In this document: positions 51,633-62,704 of the stretch, piece by piece
How positions within the stretch are numbered: the stretch's first letter is position 1
Layout of the letters: every line of letters starts with the position of its first letter
NCBI RefSeq assembly: GCF_001194135.2
Contig: NC_068984.1
Location: 33,954,435 to 34,018,434, forward strand
DNA length: 64,000 nucleotides
Source: Octopus bimaculoides
Taxonomy: Eukaryota
Direction of reading: 5' to 3'
Notes under the pieces: generated by a model
Databases searched by the model: none
What the model was told of the DNA's origin: nothing
What the model saw: the letters and a program-made list of their open reading frames with translations, nothing else
Made by a program: the position numbers and the translations under genes

Positions 51633-51672
51633 CATTATCAAGTGCATAAATTACTATCCAGTGATTCATTAG
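51633..51672 (+). CDS. candidate exon (HYQVHKLLSSDSL)
   Basis: Strong acceptor tgtttctttatttcttctccag; donor TAG|gtgata; phase 0 to 1. Confidence 0.35.
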
Positions 51673-51911
51673 GTGATAGAGAACTTCTGTTATTAATTTT
51701 CAAGTTTTAACAGCTTAGCCAGTAAGTTTTTAAAATGTAGACATATTGTCTAAATTCAGGAGCATAAATCAAGAGAACAACCATCTTACTTCTATAAAGG
51801 ACACAAAAGTAAATGTAATCTACAGTATCTTATATATATTGTGTGTGTGTGTGTGTGTGTGTGTGCATGAGTGTGTGTGTGTGTGTGGATGAGTGTGTGT
51901 GTGCATGAGTG

Positions 51912-51950
<39 letters not shown>

Positions 51951-52029
51951 GTAGATATCATCATCATCATCATTTTAATGTCCACTTTTCTAAGCTCACA
52001 TAGGTCATACAAGGAAGGAAGGAATGAAT

Positions 52030-52037
52030 AAATAGAT

Positions 52038-52121
<84 letters not shown>

Positions 52122-52122
52122 G
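52030..52122. repeat. compound (GAAA)n-(GATA)n microsatellite
   Basis: Directly visible. Confidence 0.95.
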
Positions 52123-53248
52123 TAACAGAAGAAAAGGAAATAAAATTATTAGAATTACATCTGGCGACTTAAATCCTTGTTCAGTGGGTCCTATATTTGA
52201 ATTTATGTTGATTTATATTCATAAGTTTAAGTTTTAACAGCCAACCAGTCACAATTGTTAAGTATGAATTTAATATTGCTAAAGGAGGTAAAAAAAACAA
52301 CCACTGAAATTGAAATTATATAGAAAATAACTATTTTATAGCAAAATATATATAAAGGAAAATGATAAATAAAAGCAAGATGGGCTTTGTATTGGCAAAA
52401 TAAAGATTTAACAAACAAGTTAATTTTGTAAAGCAATTTTAAATGTTACCAGTGTTAATGAAGGGTGAGAAAAAATATTTAAGCAGTATTTCAAATGTGG
52501 TATATTTCTGAAATTTAATTATTTTTCTAGACTTAAGTGTTCTCTTAGGAACATGCAGTTTATTCACTGACTTAAATTATTGATGTTAGACATCATGTCT
52601 ACATTTTTTACCTTTTGGCTTATGTATTTAATCATCCAATTAAGAGCCAAATGATATACTTAATTGTGATTCCAAAGGAAGGAAACTTTTCTTTATAATT
52701 AATTCGGTTAAATAGTCTTTAACTCTTTTCTTTGACTTATACATATATCTAGGAACTTAGAACTGAAGCCAGTCTTTTGTAACTTTATCAAAGTATTTCG
52801 TAATGAAAAGTGTCCTAATAAGATTTCTTCTGGCAATAATATAACAATGTATTACAGCTAAGAAATGCAGTGCTGAAAGAATCAAAGACTAATATTAAAG
52901 GAAATTATTGTTCTAATTGGATAAATGTTCTCCAACATTAATCAAACAGTTAAGACAAAGATATTCTACATAACCACAGGCATGGTTATGCAATTATGAA
53001 GCTTGCTTTGCAATAACAAGAATCTGGGCTGAAATCCACTGTACTGTATCTTGGAAAAGTGTCTGCTTATGTAACTTTTGGTTGATTCAAGCCTTTTCAA
53101 TGAAATCAGATGGACAGTCAATCTGAAGAAGCCTATTGAACTGCGTTTAATTCTTGGGTGACATTTAATTCACTGCTTGCTTTAGCACTATCACCTGGTG
53201 CTTGGCTGCTTTAAGCAGAATTCAATTTTGTGAAAGTACTCAAATCTT

Positions 53249-53392
53249 ATTTACATTATTTACATCCGACGGATATTTGTCCTCATCTTGTTTGTTGTTA
53301 ACACAACGTTTAGGCTGATATACCCTCCAGCCTTCTTCAGGTGCCTTGGAGAAATTTCGAACCTGGGTCCTCATTCCTAAGGTATTTTTCAA

Positions 53393-53432
<40 letters not shown>

Positions 53433-53510
53433 GTTATTGTTCAGGTCACTGCTTGGAATCGAACTCGGAATCTTGGGGTTAGTAGCCTGCGCTCTTAACC
53501 ACTATGCTAT
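53249..53510 (-). mobile_element. tRNA-head/(AAT)n/hammerhead composite repeat, copy 4 (best preserved)
   Basis: A-box TAGCATAGTGG, B-box GAGTTCGATTCC; ggcac-CTGAAGA-aggctg..cagcc-TAAACGTT-gtgtt at 53300-53345. Confidence 0.85.
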
Positions 53511-53541
53511 GTATACATGTATATATATATANNNNNNNNNN

Positions 53542-53770
53542 CATACATACATGCATACATACATACATACATACATACATACATACATACACACATACAT
53601 ATATATGATGGGCTTCTTTCAGTTTCCGTCTACCAAACCCACTCACAAGGATTTGATCATCCCAAGGCTATAGTGGAAGACACTTGCACAAGGTTCCAAG
53701 CAGTGTGACTGAACCCAGAACTATGTGGTTCATAAGTAAGCTACTTACGACAGAGCCACTCCTACGCCTA
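53542..53770 (-). mobile_element. SINE-A head with (CATA)n
   Basis: 'gatgggcttctttcagtttccgtctacc..agctacttacgacagagccactcctacgcc'. Confidence 0.8.
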
Positions 53771-54495
53771 TAATGTACATAATTCCTCATCTCTTAAATA
53801 TAAAACTGTATTCAAACCTTATTACTAATCTTAGAATAACTGAGTACTAAGTTACGCTGCTTTATTCTTTGACCACTTCCCTTTCTTTCTTACTAATCTT
53901 GGATACCGAACAAAGATCATGAACACTATGATTTCTTCACAGATTAAACTATAAAGAAAAACGAATTTGCAATTTAAATATTACCCACAAATAGCACGCC
54001 TTTTTAATAACACACATAGTAGGGGTTAACTACAAATTTTCAGTCCTTCTAATTTCATTGTGCTTTGAAAGATTATATTAAAAACAAATTAAAGACTCCT
54101 AATGGGAATCTGAGAGAGTATTGAGGGACGTAATCTAAATGTCATTGATCAAGTTCAATTTACATCTTAAGGCATCAATCAATAGCATGTTATAAGGTCA
54201 GGTCAAGTGGGGAGGGGGCATGCACCATTGCAGTGCATTGCTGCATTCACAATTTGCCAGTATATTCCTGGGTCCTCAGAAGACAAGCAGAGACCCAGTC
54301 AGTCCCCATTTCCGTGAGATACTTCCTCATCTGTCATGACAACAAGGTATATGGTCAACCAGCATGAGCCATCAACCCAGCCAGATCGTCAATGAAGAGA
54401 ACTTGATAAACAGGTTCTAACTTAGAAAACCGAGTAAGATGGCCAAACAGAATGTTTGGCCACGTGATAATAATGTGAATAAAATATAGTTTCAG

Positions 54496-54529
54496 TGTCA
54501 ACAGTAGAAATGACTTTCAAGGAATGGAG
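54496..54529 (+). CDS. weak candidate exon (V-STVEMTFKEW)
   Basis: Donor GAG|gtgaat; weak acceptor; chosen mainly because its phase fits the chain. Confidence 0.2.
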
Positions 54530-55149
54530 GTGAATCTGTTGTACACTGAACCATTGGTTTAAACTCGAATGTTCAATAAGGATATTCTTAATAAATGTAT
54601 TAATAAAATAAAAGCATTTACTGGAGAACCTACTACACTCTTTAGAAAATGTCAAAGTGAGAATTTTTGTAGTTGTAAAGCTACACTATCAATAACAAAA
54701 AGAGATGGAACAACAACCAATCTGATTTCCTGATTATGAAAACAAACAAAACTGTACAAGAAATATTTAGATAGATTGATAAAAAGCCTGGGTCAACCAA
54801 AGGAAACTGATTCTGACCGGAATAGAATACTGGAATATGAATAATTTCAATGCTTCAAAATTATTAGGTATTCTTCAGGTTATATTATATAAACAAGAAA
54901 AATAGCCATCAGAGCTTATTTCCTAGAATGTGAAGCAGCTTCAGTTAATCTATAAATGACTGACAATATTTTAGATGGCTTTCATGAATTGCAACCAAAC
55001 ATCTCATAATGCTTAACTACATCGTTATTCTGTCAGAGAGACCAAAAAGCAGTAAATACACTTCAGCTGTAGCTATTAATATTCGTACACACACACACAC
55101 ACACATACACACACACACACACACATAAATACATACACATACACACACA

Positions 55150-55340
55150 AACACAAACATCATTATCATTATTGTCATCATCATCATCATCCTCTAACAA
55201 CCATGGTCCTTGCTGGCATAGATTAGACAATTTGACAGGATCTGAGGGGTATGAAGGCTACATCCTGCTCCTTGCTCAAATATTTGTTTGGGCAAGGTGT
55301 CTATGACTGGTTGTTCAACCACTTTTCAGAGTTGCTTTTC
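55150..55340 (-). mobile_element. family C 3' end, decayed
   Basis: (CAT)n then 'ctctaacaaccatggtccttgctggcatagattagacaatttgacagg'. Confidence 0.6.
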
Positions 55341-55664
55341 TAGGTGCTTTTCTAGTGAGGTTAGCATGCATCTTACATAACTAAGAACCCTTCAACTGAG
55401 TAGAGATACAATGGGAAGGAAACAGGCTTCATGTTAGAAGTTGAGGAGAAGCAGTATGAAAGAAGGGACTGGATCAAAGCAGATTTCTTGTGGTAGAGGA
55501 GGAAGCTATATGGCTTGTCAGATTATAGAAGAGAAAGTGAAAGTTACCAGAAAAAGATAAAAATAGTGGTGATGAGGTGTTGGAGTAGAACCTTGAAACA
55601 CAAGATGAGTAGAAGTGAGAGAGAATAAAATGAGAGGGAGTATGGGTGTATTGAGTTTCCACTC

Positions 55665-55740
55665 ACATGGACTTACACACACACATGGACTTACACACAC
55701 ACATGGACTTACACACACACATGGACTTACACATACACAT
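55665..55740. repeat. 18-bp minisatellite (GGACTTACACACACACAT) x4
   Basis: Directly visible. Confidence 0.9.
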
Positions 55741-56215
55741 CTTCATATGCACACATGAACACATACATATATACTGAGAGAGAGAGACACACACAGACAG
55801 AGACAGAGTGACATAGAGTGGGACACACACATGCACCCATACACATGTCCACACATGCATACACACATACATACATTCCCACTCCACCAATGTACACATG
55901 CCAATACACAGACACACACACACACACACCCTTTTGACTGCCTCTCAAAACTTTCTACTGTTCTGACTACTACTGACCATCCCATCTATGCACATGTGCA
56001 AGAACACACAACCACCCATGCATACATTCTGTCACCATAGCTGCTGACCTCTCACTAGGACATTAGCAGACACACAGAGATCACTCACATAAATACATGT
56101 AAACATTTAATACCACACACACACACACACGCATGCTACCTTACACAGTATCACAAACACATACCAACACACACACAGACAGTTACTGCCACAAGTACAT
56201 GCACACATATGCTAT

Positions 56216-56265
<50 letters not shown>

Positions 56266-56428
56266 ACTACACACACAGCCAGACATACACACAGATACCA
56301 ACCATTCTTCTCCTGTCCCAGAAAGCACTTTTTTTTTGTCCATCTATTTCCACTCATTCCAAAATGTAACTAATGGACTGTTGGCTTTTTTCCTTCCTTC
56401 TTTTCTCTTGGACTTTCCTATGTCTCCT

Positions 56429-56464
56429 GTCTCTGAAGAAGAGCATTGCTTGAAACATAAAACA
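56429..56464 (+). ncRNA. minimal hammerhead motif in a (TA)n-terminated repeat
   Basis: gtct-CTGAAGA-agagc(att)gctt-GAAACATA-aaac; (TA)n begins about 125 nt downstream. Confidence 0.55.
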
Positions 56465-56581
56465 GCCACTATTTCTTTCCTTCTCTGAGTGTCTTATTAA
56501 TACTTTGCATGTACCACATCATCGCATTATTCTTTTTCTTGCAGACTTTTTTTTTACTGTTTTTGGGATTAATTATTTATT

Positions 56582-56623
<42 letters not shown>

Positions 56624-56641
56624 CATGTATATATGTATGTA

Positions 56642-57131
56642 TAGAGTGATTCAGTTTTTTTGAGTTACCTACTTTAAGAGACATCAGGCTGACTCAAATG
56701 AAAGATTATGCTGTAATCATTGCCTTAAAAGAACAACATTATGATTTAGAGATATCTTCTTTCCTGAAAGTTGTCCAAGAAATAATTCATAAAATCCTAG
56801 CTCACCAGACCTCAATACATTGGACTATTACGTATGGGGCATAGTTAAGTGAAAGGTCAATCAACAACCCCATAATACCATACAATCTCTCAACTCTGCC
56901 ATAACCAGTACTATATCCAAAATTGCTAAAAATCATCTGATTTGGGCATGTAACCACTTCTGACACCATATTGATGCAGCTTTGATGCTAACAGTGTTTC
57001 CTTGAATAAGAGTGATAAAAGAATTCTCAAGATTATTTCAACCAATTTGTTTTTAGATGCATCTTGTCTTTGATGAGCTGTGCATCTTTTGCTAAATTCA
57101 TACAAATGACCTCAAAAACTGACACACCCTG
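56642..57131 (+). mobile_element. internally deleted IS630/Tc1/mariner (maT-like) element
   Basis: Degenerate TIRs (tagagtgattcagttttttgag / ctcaaaaactgacacaccctg); encodes YAVIIALKEQHYDLEISSFLKV then PSSPDLNTLDYYVWG..PHNT..LIWACNHF. Confidence 0.8.
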
Positions 57132-58057
57132 AATATATATGATATATATGTATATATATATATTCATATACATACATACATACTCATTTATAAACAGGCA
57201 TATGCCTATACGCACATTTGAACATCGATCCATACGTACATGCAGGCATACGTATATTATACATAGATATACATATATATATGCGTACATACTTACACAC
57301 ACATATGCACTCGTTCAAAATCATACATGCATATGTTATTATATATTTAATTTTACACATGCATGTGTGCATGAATGTTCATGTGTTGATGTATATGTGC
57401 ATTAATGAGCGAATATATGTGGGTACAACTAGGTAGATATGTAATAATACAAACATCATGCAACTGCATTACAGTAAATCCCATTATGCAAATCTTTACT
57501 GTAGAAGTAACTCTTTCCTTTTGAATTTCATTTCAATAAATATATGAAAAGCATATTGACATTTTTCTATTACAGTACTTAGTCCTGGAAATGACTATAA
57601 ATTCCATCTAGTCATGAAATTTTGACATGTACAAATGGAATTATCTTTTGATAAAATTATGGCAAGGCAAAGTGGAACAAATACAGTCCTTTCTTACATG
57701 GCTTAAGAACTGAATAGAAAGAAAAATACAATTGGAAATTGAGGAAGCCCTACTTTATATGAATACAATAGTAGGTGAAAGCTACAGTATTACTTTTGTT
57801 TGCCAGTGGTGTAACATTTTCCTTTTTTGCCATAGTATATTTTAAAAAATAATGCAAATAATCATATTATTATAACTATATCATGCATAAGATTCCCTTC
57901 ATTGAGATAATGCTCACAATTATCAAGGATTGATAAAAAGATAAGAACAACTACAAAAAGTAACAATATATATTCATTATTGCTTCCAGTCACTAGAGAG
58001 TAGAAATGCTGGAAAACTATTTTTCAAGTGGATTATAGCAAAATCTGCTTATTTCAG

Positions 58058-58098
58058 TTTGGCATCTATTTTAATTGATTGCAGTGTGAGAGGCACAA
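58058..58098 (+). CDS. candidate exon (LASILIDCSVRGT); the same frame is open from an alternative acceptor at 57990
   Basis: Donor CAA|gtaagt; acceptors ctgcttatttcag (58058) or cattattgcttccag (57990). Confidence 0.4.
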
Positions 58099-58328
58099 GT
58101 AAGTCACAGGAAGACTGTTAACTTCATATAAACATTGATCATTTGTTATCTGGTGTTAAAATTTTCGTCACACAAACTGCGACCTGGACAATGGAGCGGT
58201 TAACAGTCTTTCTATGTTTTTATGTGGCTAACCTGTGTCTCACGATCTGCAATCAATTTAGTCTCAGACCAAATCATTTGCCTGGCATGTATCCTTCTGA
58301 AAATTATCTTTGTGATTTCTGTTTGCAG

Positions 58329-58351
58329 AAATAGTAGATTGTGAGGAGTAA
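58329..58351 (+). CDS. candidate terminal exon (K-IVDCEE*)
   Basis: Strong acceptor atctttgtgatttctgtttgcag; TAA at 58349; AATAAA at 58365. Confidence 0.35.
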
Positions 58352-58425
58352 AGGGACAAAACTCAATAAAATTCCTGGGTAACTCTCTCTCTCCCTTTTA
58401 ACATATGAGTGTTCTCTCATCCATA

Positions 58426-58681
58426 TTCACTCTTTAGCATTCAGATTTTTTGTCAAATGTATCTTTTTATTCTTTTACTTGTTTAAGTCACTTGACTGTG
58501 GCCATGCTGGAGCACCACCTTTATTCAAACAAATGGACCCCAGGACTTATTGTTTGTAAGCCTAGTACTTACTCTATTGGTCTCTTTTGCTAAACTGCTA
58601 AGTTACAGGCACGTAAACACACCAAAATCGGTTATGAAGCAACAACTGGGAGACAAACACACACACAAATATATACATACA

Positions 58682-58755
<74 letters not shown>

Positions 58756-59110
58756 CACATGATGGACTTCTTTCAATTTCTGTCTACCAAATCAACTCAC
58801 AAGTCTTTGGTTGGCCCGACGCTATAATAGAAAACACTTAACCAAGGTGCCATGCAGTGGGACTGAACCTGGAACCATGTGGTTGGGAAGTAAGCTTCTT
58901 ACCACACAGCCATGCCTGCACCTCCACACAGCAATACCTAATAATGCATTATCTGGTAGCTTCAGGATTTCAAAGGTGTGTTTGTATATTTTTAGAGTGA
59001 CATTGTAGGGTAGGTGTGAGTGGTTGGATCTGGTCAATTTCAACATTAAAAACATAAAACAGATAGAATATTTGGGTTGGATATAGTCAGATTAAATACT
59101 AAAGAGTTAA
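58426..59110. mobile_element. TTAA-type MITE containing a nested SINE-A
   Basis: Left end 'ctttagcattcaga', right end 'aaatactaaagagttaa'; collinear with 9461-9684 once the SINE is removed. Confidence 0.75.
58465..58920 (-). mobile_element. SINE-A, full length, with long internal (CATA)n(TA)n
   Basis: Complete reverse-complement SINE-A. Confidence 0.9.
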
Positions 59111-59189
59111 ATCATATACCACGAAATCAAATTCGATGACAGACCGCTTGACTGCATCTAAGCTAGTGAGGCGCTAAGAGCAACATCCG

Positions 59190-59540
59190 ACCGGGATAGT
59201 TGCCAGGAATCCTGACTGGCTCCCATGCCGGTGGAATGTAAACAGCACCATTCGAGCATGATTGTTACCAGCATTGCCTTACTGGCACTTGTACCAGTGG
59301 CATGTGAAAAACAACATTCGAGCGTGGCCATTGCCAGTACTGCCTAACTGGCCCTCATGCCGGTGGCACATAAAAGCACCCACTACACTATCAGAGTGGT
59401 TGGCATTAGGAAGGGCATCCAGCTGTTGAAACTCTGCCAGATCAGATTGGACCCTGGTGCAGCCATCTGGCTCGCCAGTCCTCAGTCAAACCGTCCAACC
59501 CATGCCAGCATGGAAAGCGGACGTTGAACGATGATGAAGA
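59190..59540 (+). mobile_element. family C 3' UTR with internal repeats
   Basis: Repeated 'gccggtggcac..aaaagcacc' units, then the 'ggacgttgaacgatgatg' tail. Confidence 0.85.
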
Positions 59541-60210
59541 TATTGATGACTAGATCCTATTTCTGATACAAAGGGTTGGAAACCTCTTTAGTGTTGAAAT
59601 AATAAAATCTACACAGTACATTCTATAAACTGATTGGTGTTTGGCAGAGAATTCAGTCGTATGACNNNNNNNNNNNNNNNNNNNNNNNNNNNNNNNNNNN
59701 NNNNNNNNNNNNNNNNNNNNNNNNNNNNNNNNNNNNNNNNNNNNNNNNNNNNNNNNNNNNNNNNNNNNNNNNNNNNNNNNNNNNNNNNNNNNNNNNNNNN
59801 NNNNNNNNNNNNNNNNNNNNNNNNNNNNNNNNNNNNNNNNNNNNNNNNNNNNNNNNNNNNNNNNNNNNNNNNNNNNNNNNNNNNNNNNNNNNNNNNNNNN
59901 NNNNNNNNNNNNNNNNNNNNNNNNNNNNNNNNNNNNNNNNNNNNNNNNNNNNNNNNNNNNNNNNNNNNNNNNNNNNNNNNNNNNNNNNNNNNNNNNNNNN
60001 NNNNNNNNNNNNNNNNNNNNNNNNNNNNNNNNNNNNNNNNNNNNNNNNNNNNNNNNNNNNNNNNNNNNNNNNNNNNNNNNNNNNNNNNNNNNNNNNNNNN
60101 NNNNNNNNNNNNNNNNNNNNNNNNNNNNNNNNNNNNNNNNNNNNNNNNNNNNNNNNNNNNNNNNNNNNNNNNNNNNNNNNNNNNNNNNNNNNNNNNNNNN
60201 NNNNNNNNNN

Positions 60211-60252
<42 letters not shown>

Positions 60253-60284
60253 GAACAATGATGATGTTGATATATATATCAGAC

Positions 60285-60385
60285 TGGAACTTGGTGCAGC
60301 TCTTCAGCTTGCCAGTTTCTGTCAAACTGCCTAACCTATGCCAGCATGGAAAGCAGACACTACATGATGATGATGATGATGATGA
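60285..60385 (+). mobile_element. family C terminal fragment
   Basis: 'cagactggaacttggtgcagc..atgccagcatggaaagcagacac' plus (GAT)n. Confidence 0.75.
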
Positions 60386-60394
60386 TATATATAT

Positions 60395-61420
60395 ATCGTC
60401 ATCATCATCACCATCATTGTTTAACATCTGCTTTCTATGCTGCAGGGGATAGGCGGTTTAACTGAGGACTGGCAAGCCAGGAAGCTGCACCAGGCCCCAA
60501 TCTGATCTGGCAAGTTTCTACAGCAGGATGATCTTTCTAATGTCAACAACTCCAAGAGTGTAGCCGGTGCTTTTTACTTATCACAGGTAAAGGAGCCAGT
60601 CAGGTGGCAATGGCATGGACCATGCTCAAATGGTGATTTTTGCATGGCACCAGCACTAGTATTAATCATGCTCAATGATGCCTTTTACGTGCCAACGGCA
60701 TGGGTGCCAGTCAGGCAGCACTGTCAACAGTCACACCTATAATTTCACTTGACTCAACAGGTCTTTTCAAGCATCGCATATTGCCCGATGATTGACGGGT
60801 ACTCTTAAACAGGCCGGTTATGCAACACTGGCATCAGCCACAATCTCACTTGGCTTGCTAGATCTTCTCAAGCACAGCATATCTCCAAAGGTTTTGTATG
60901 CATGACATTGCCTTTGTGAGGCCCAAAGTTCGAAGGTTGTGCTTCACTACCTCATCCCATGTCTTCTTGGGTCTACCTCTTCCACATGTCCCTTCCACTA
61001 TTAGGATATAACAGTTCGTTACACAGCTGTTCTCATCCTTACACAACACATGACCATACCAGCAGTCATCTCTCTTGCACATCACAACTGATGCTTCTTA
61101 TGGTCAACTTTTCTCTCAAGGCGTTTACACTCTGTAATGCATGCACACTGACATTACACATCCAGCAGACATACTAGCTGCATTTCTTTCAAGCCTACGC
61201 ATGTCTTCAGCAGTCACAGCCCAAGTTTCAGTGCCGTGTAGCATGTCTATTTGCACACAGGTATCAATCAGGCTACCTTTCACTTTGAGCGAGATGCCCT
61301 TTGTTATCAGTAGGGGCTCTCTGAACTTTGCCCAAGCTATTCTTATTCCAGCAGCTATGCTCTCACAGCATCCACCCAGTCCTGCTACAGACTTGGTCAC
61401 CTAGGTAACAGAAGCTATCA
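60395..61420 (-). mobile_element. RTE LINE 3' fragment with family C UTR and tail
   Basis: ORFs 61125 (AWAKFRE..MLHGTETWAVTAEDMRRLERN) and 60858 (WYGHV..GRGRPKKTWDEVV). Confidence 0.9.
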
Positions 61421-61579
61421 ACTACATCTGGCTTTTAACCCCTGGCATTTGATAGAATCTGTTTCCTGTACATCTTCAGTGGTTATTGCTCCTGTTGGGG
61501 CAAGTGAAATCGAAATCGTAATTGAACCATATTTAATGACTGGCACCTGCGCCAGTGGAGCACTAACAGCACTGTCCGA

Positions 61580-61912
61580 GCGTGTTCATTGCCAGAGCAG
61601 CTGTCTGGCTTCCGTGCTAGTGGCCCGTAAATAGCACCATTTGAGCATAATTGTTACCATCGTTGCCTTTTAGCACTTGTGCTGGTGGCACGTTAGAAAA
61701 TCATTCGAGCGAGGTCGTTGCCAGTGCCTCTGGACTGGCTCCCGTGCAGGTGGCATTTAAAAAACACCATTTGAGCGTGGCTGTTGAGTGTTAGGAAGGG
61801 CATCCAGCTGTAGAAACTCTGCCAAATCAGATTGCATCCTGGTGTAGCCTTCTGGCTTGCCAGTCCTCAGTCAAATCGTCCAACCCATGCTAGCATGGAA
61901 AGCGGATGTTAA

Positions 61913-61950
<38 letters not shown>
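61580..61950 (+). mobile_element. family C 3' UTR with internal repeats and (GAT)n tail
   Basis: Same unit structure as 59190-59540. Confidence 0.85.
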
Positions 61951-62208
61951 ATATATGTATAAAGTAAAGAGTCAAAAGGAAGAGTAAGTACGGTTAGGCA
62001 GCTTTTTAATGATCACTACGAATCTTTCAATAAATATTGATCTACGTACATATACAAGAGTTGAATTTAAATTTAAATTTAAATTTAATCAAAATTAGGT
62101 AATGATTTCCCTATATAATAAGATCCATACGTGTCTCCTCCGGCGATATTTAATCGCTGTCTCTTGATTTTAATACTTTTACATCCATGGCTCCTTTGAA
62201 ACTAACAA

Positions 62209-62242
62209 ACACTGACGGTTTCAATCCGCTCATTATGAGTGT
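62209..62242 (-). ncRNA. degenerate hammerhead-like motif downstream of a PLE ORF
   Basis: ACACT-CATAATGA-gcggatt-GAA-AC(C)GT-C-AGTGT: 5-bp stem I and GUC site are present, stem II is collapsed. Confidence 0.35.
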
Positions 62243-62704
62243 GTGGCAATGTGCACGTTGTCTGTTTATTTATTTAGTTTCACATGTTATTCTGCACATG
62301 CCAAACTATATTATTACGCAAAAAACACTCGTTCATCAGCTCATACTTATAGAATCACTTACACACTGATATACCATACATCTCTGAGTGTTTCCATACA
62401 TACACACATACACACACACATACACTCACACACAGAAGCACGTACACACATACATGCATATATATAAAATATATATGTACATGTATTCAGATGCACGCAT
62501 GCATACATAAATCCACCTACAAGTCAATAAAAATTCACACCCATATATAGACGCTTATGCATTTATCTACTCATTTTCATATACATAGTTATATCGTTGA
62601 ACACACCATCATAAATACACACACCCCTATACATACGTGAAAACAGTTAAAATGGGATTAGTATAATAATTTATACACTGTTTAGTATAATAATTTATAC
62701 ACTG

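Noticed and set aside
53445-53510. tRNA-like sequences here and in the SINE-A/B heads
   Set aside because: They have A/B boxes but no acceptor stem or full cloverleaf, and are embedded in repeats; these are retroposon heads, not tRNA genes.
55665-55740. CRISPR-like regularity here and in the family C UTR repeats
   Set aside because: No unique spacers and no cas genes, and the context is eukaryotic; these are minisatellite or retroelement repeats.
62300-62345. CTGATGA on the minus strand downstream of the PLE
   Set aside because: No GAAA or pairing stems at the required positions.
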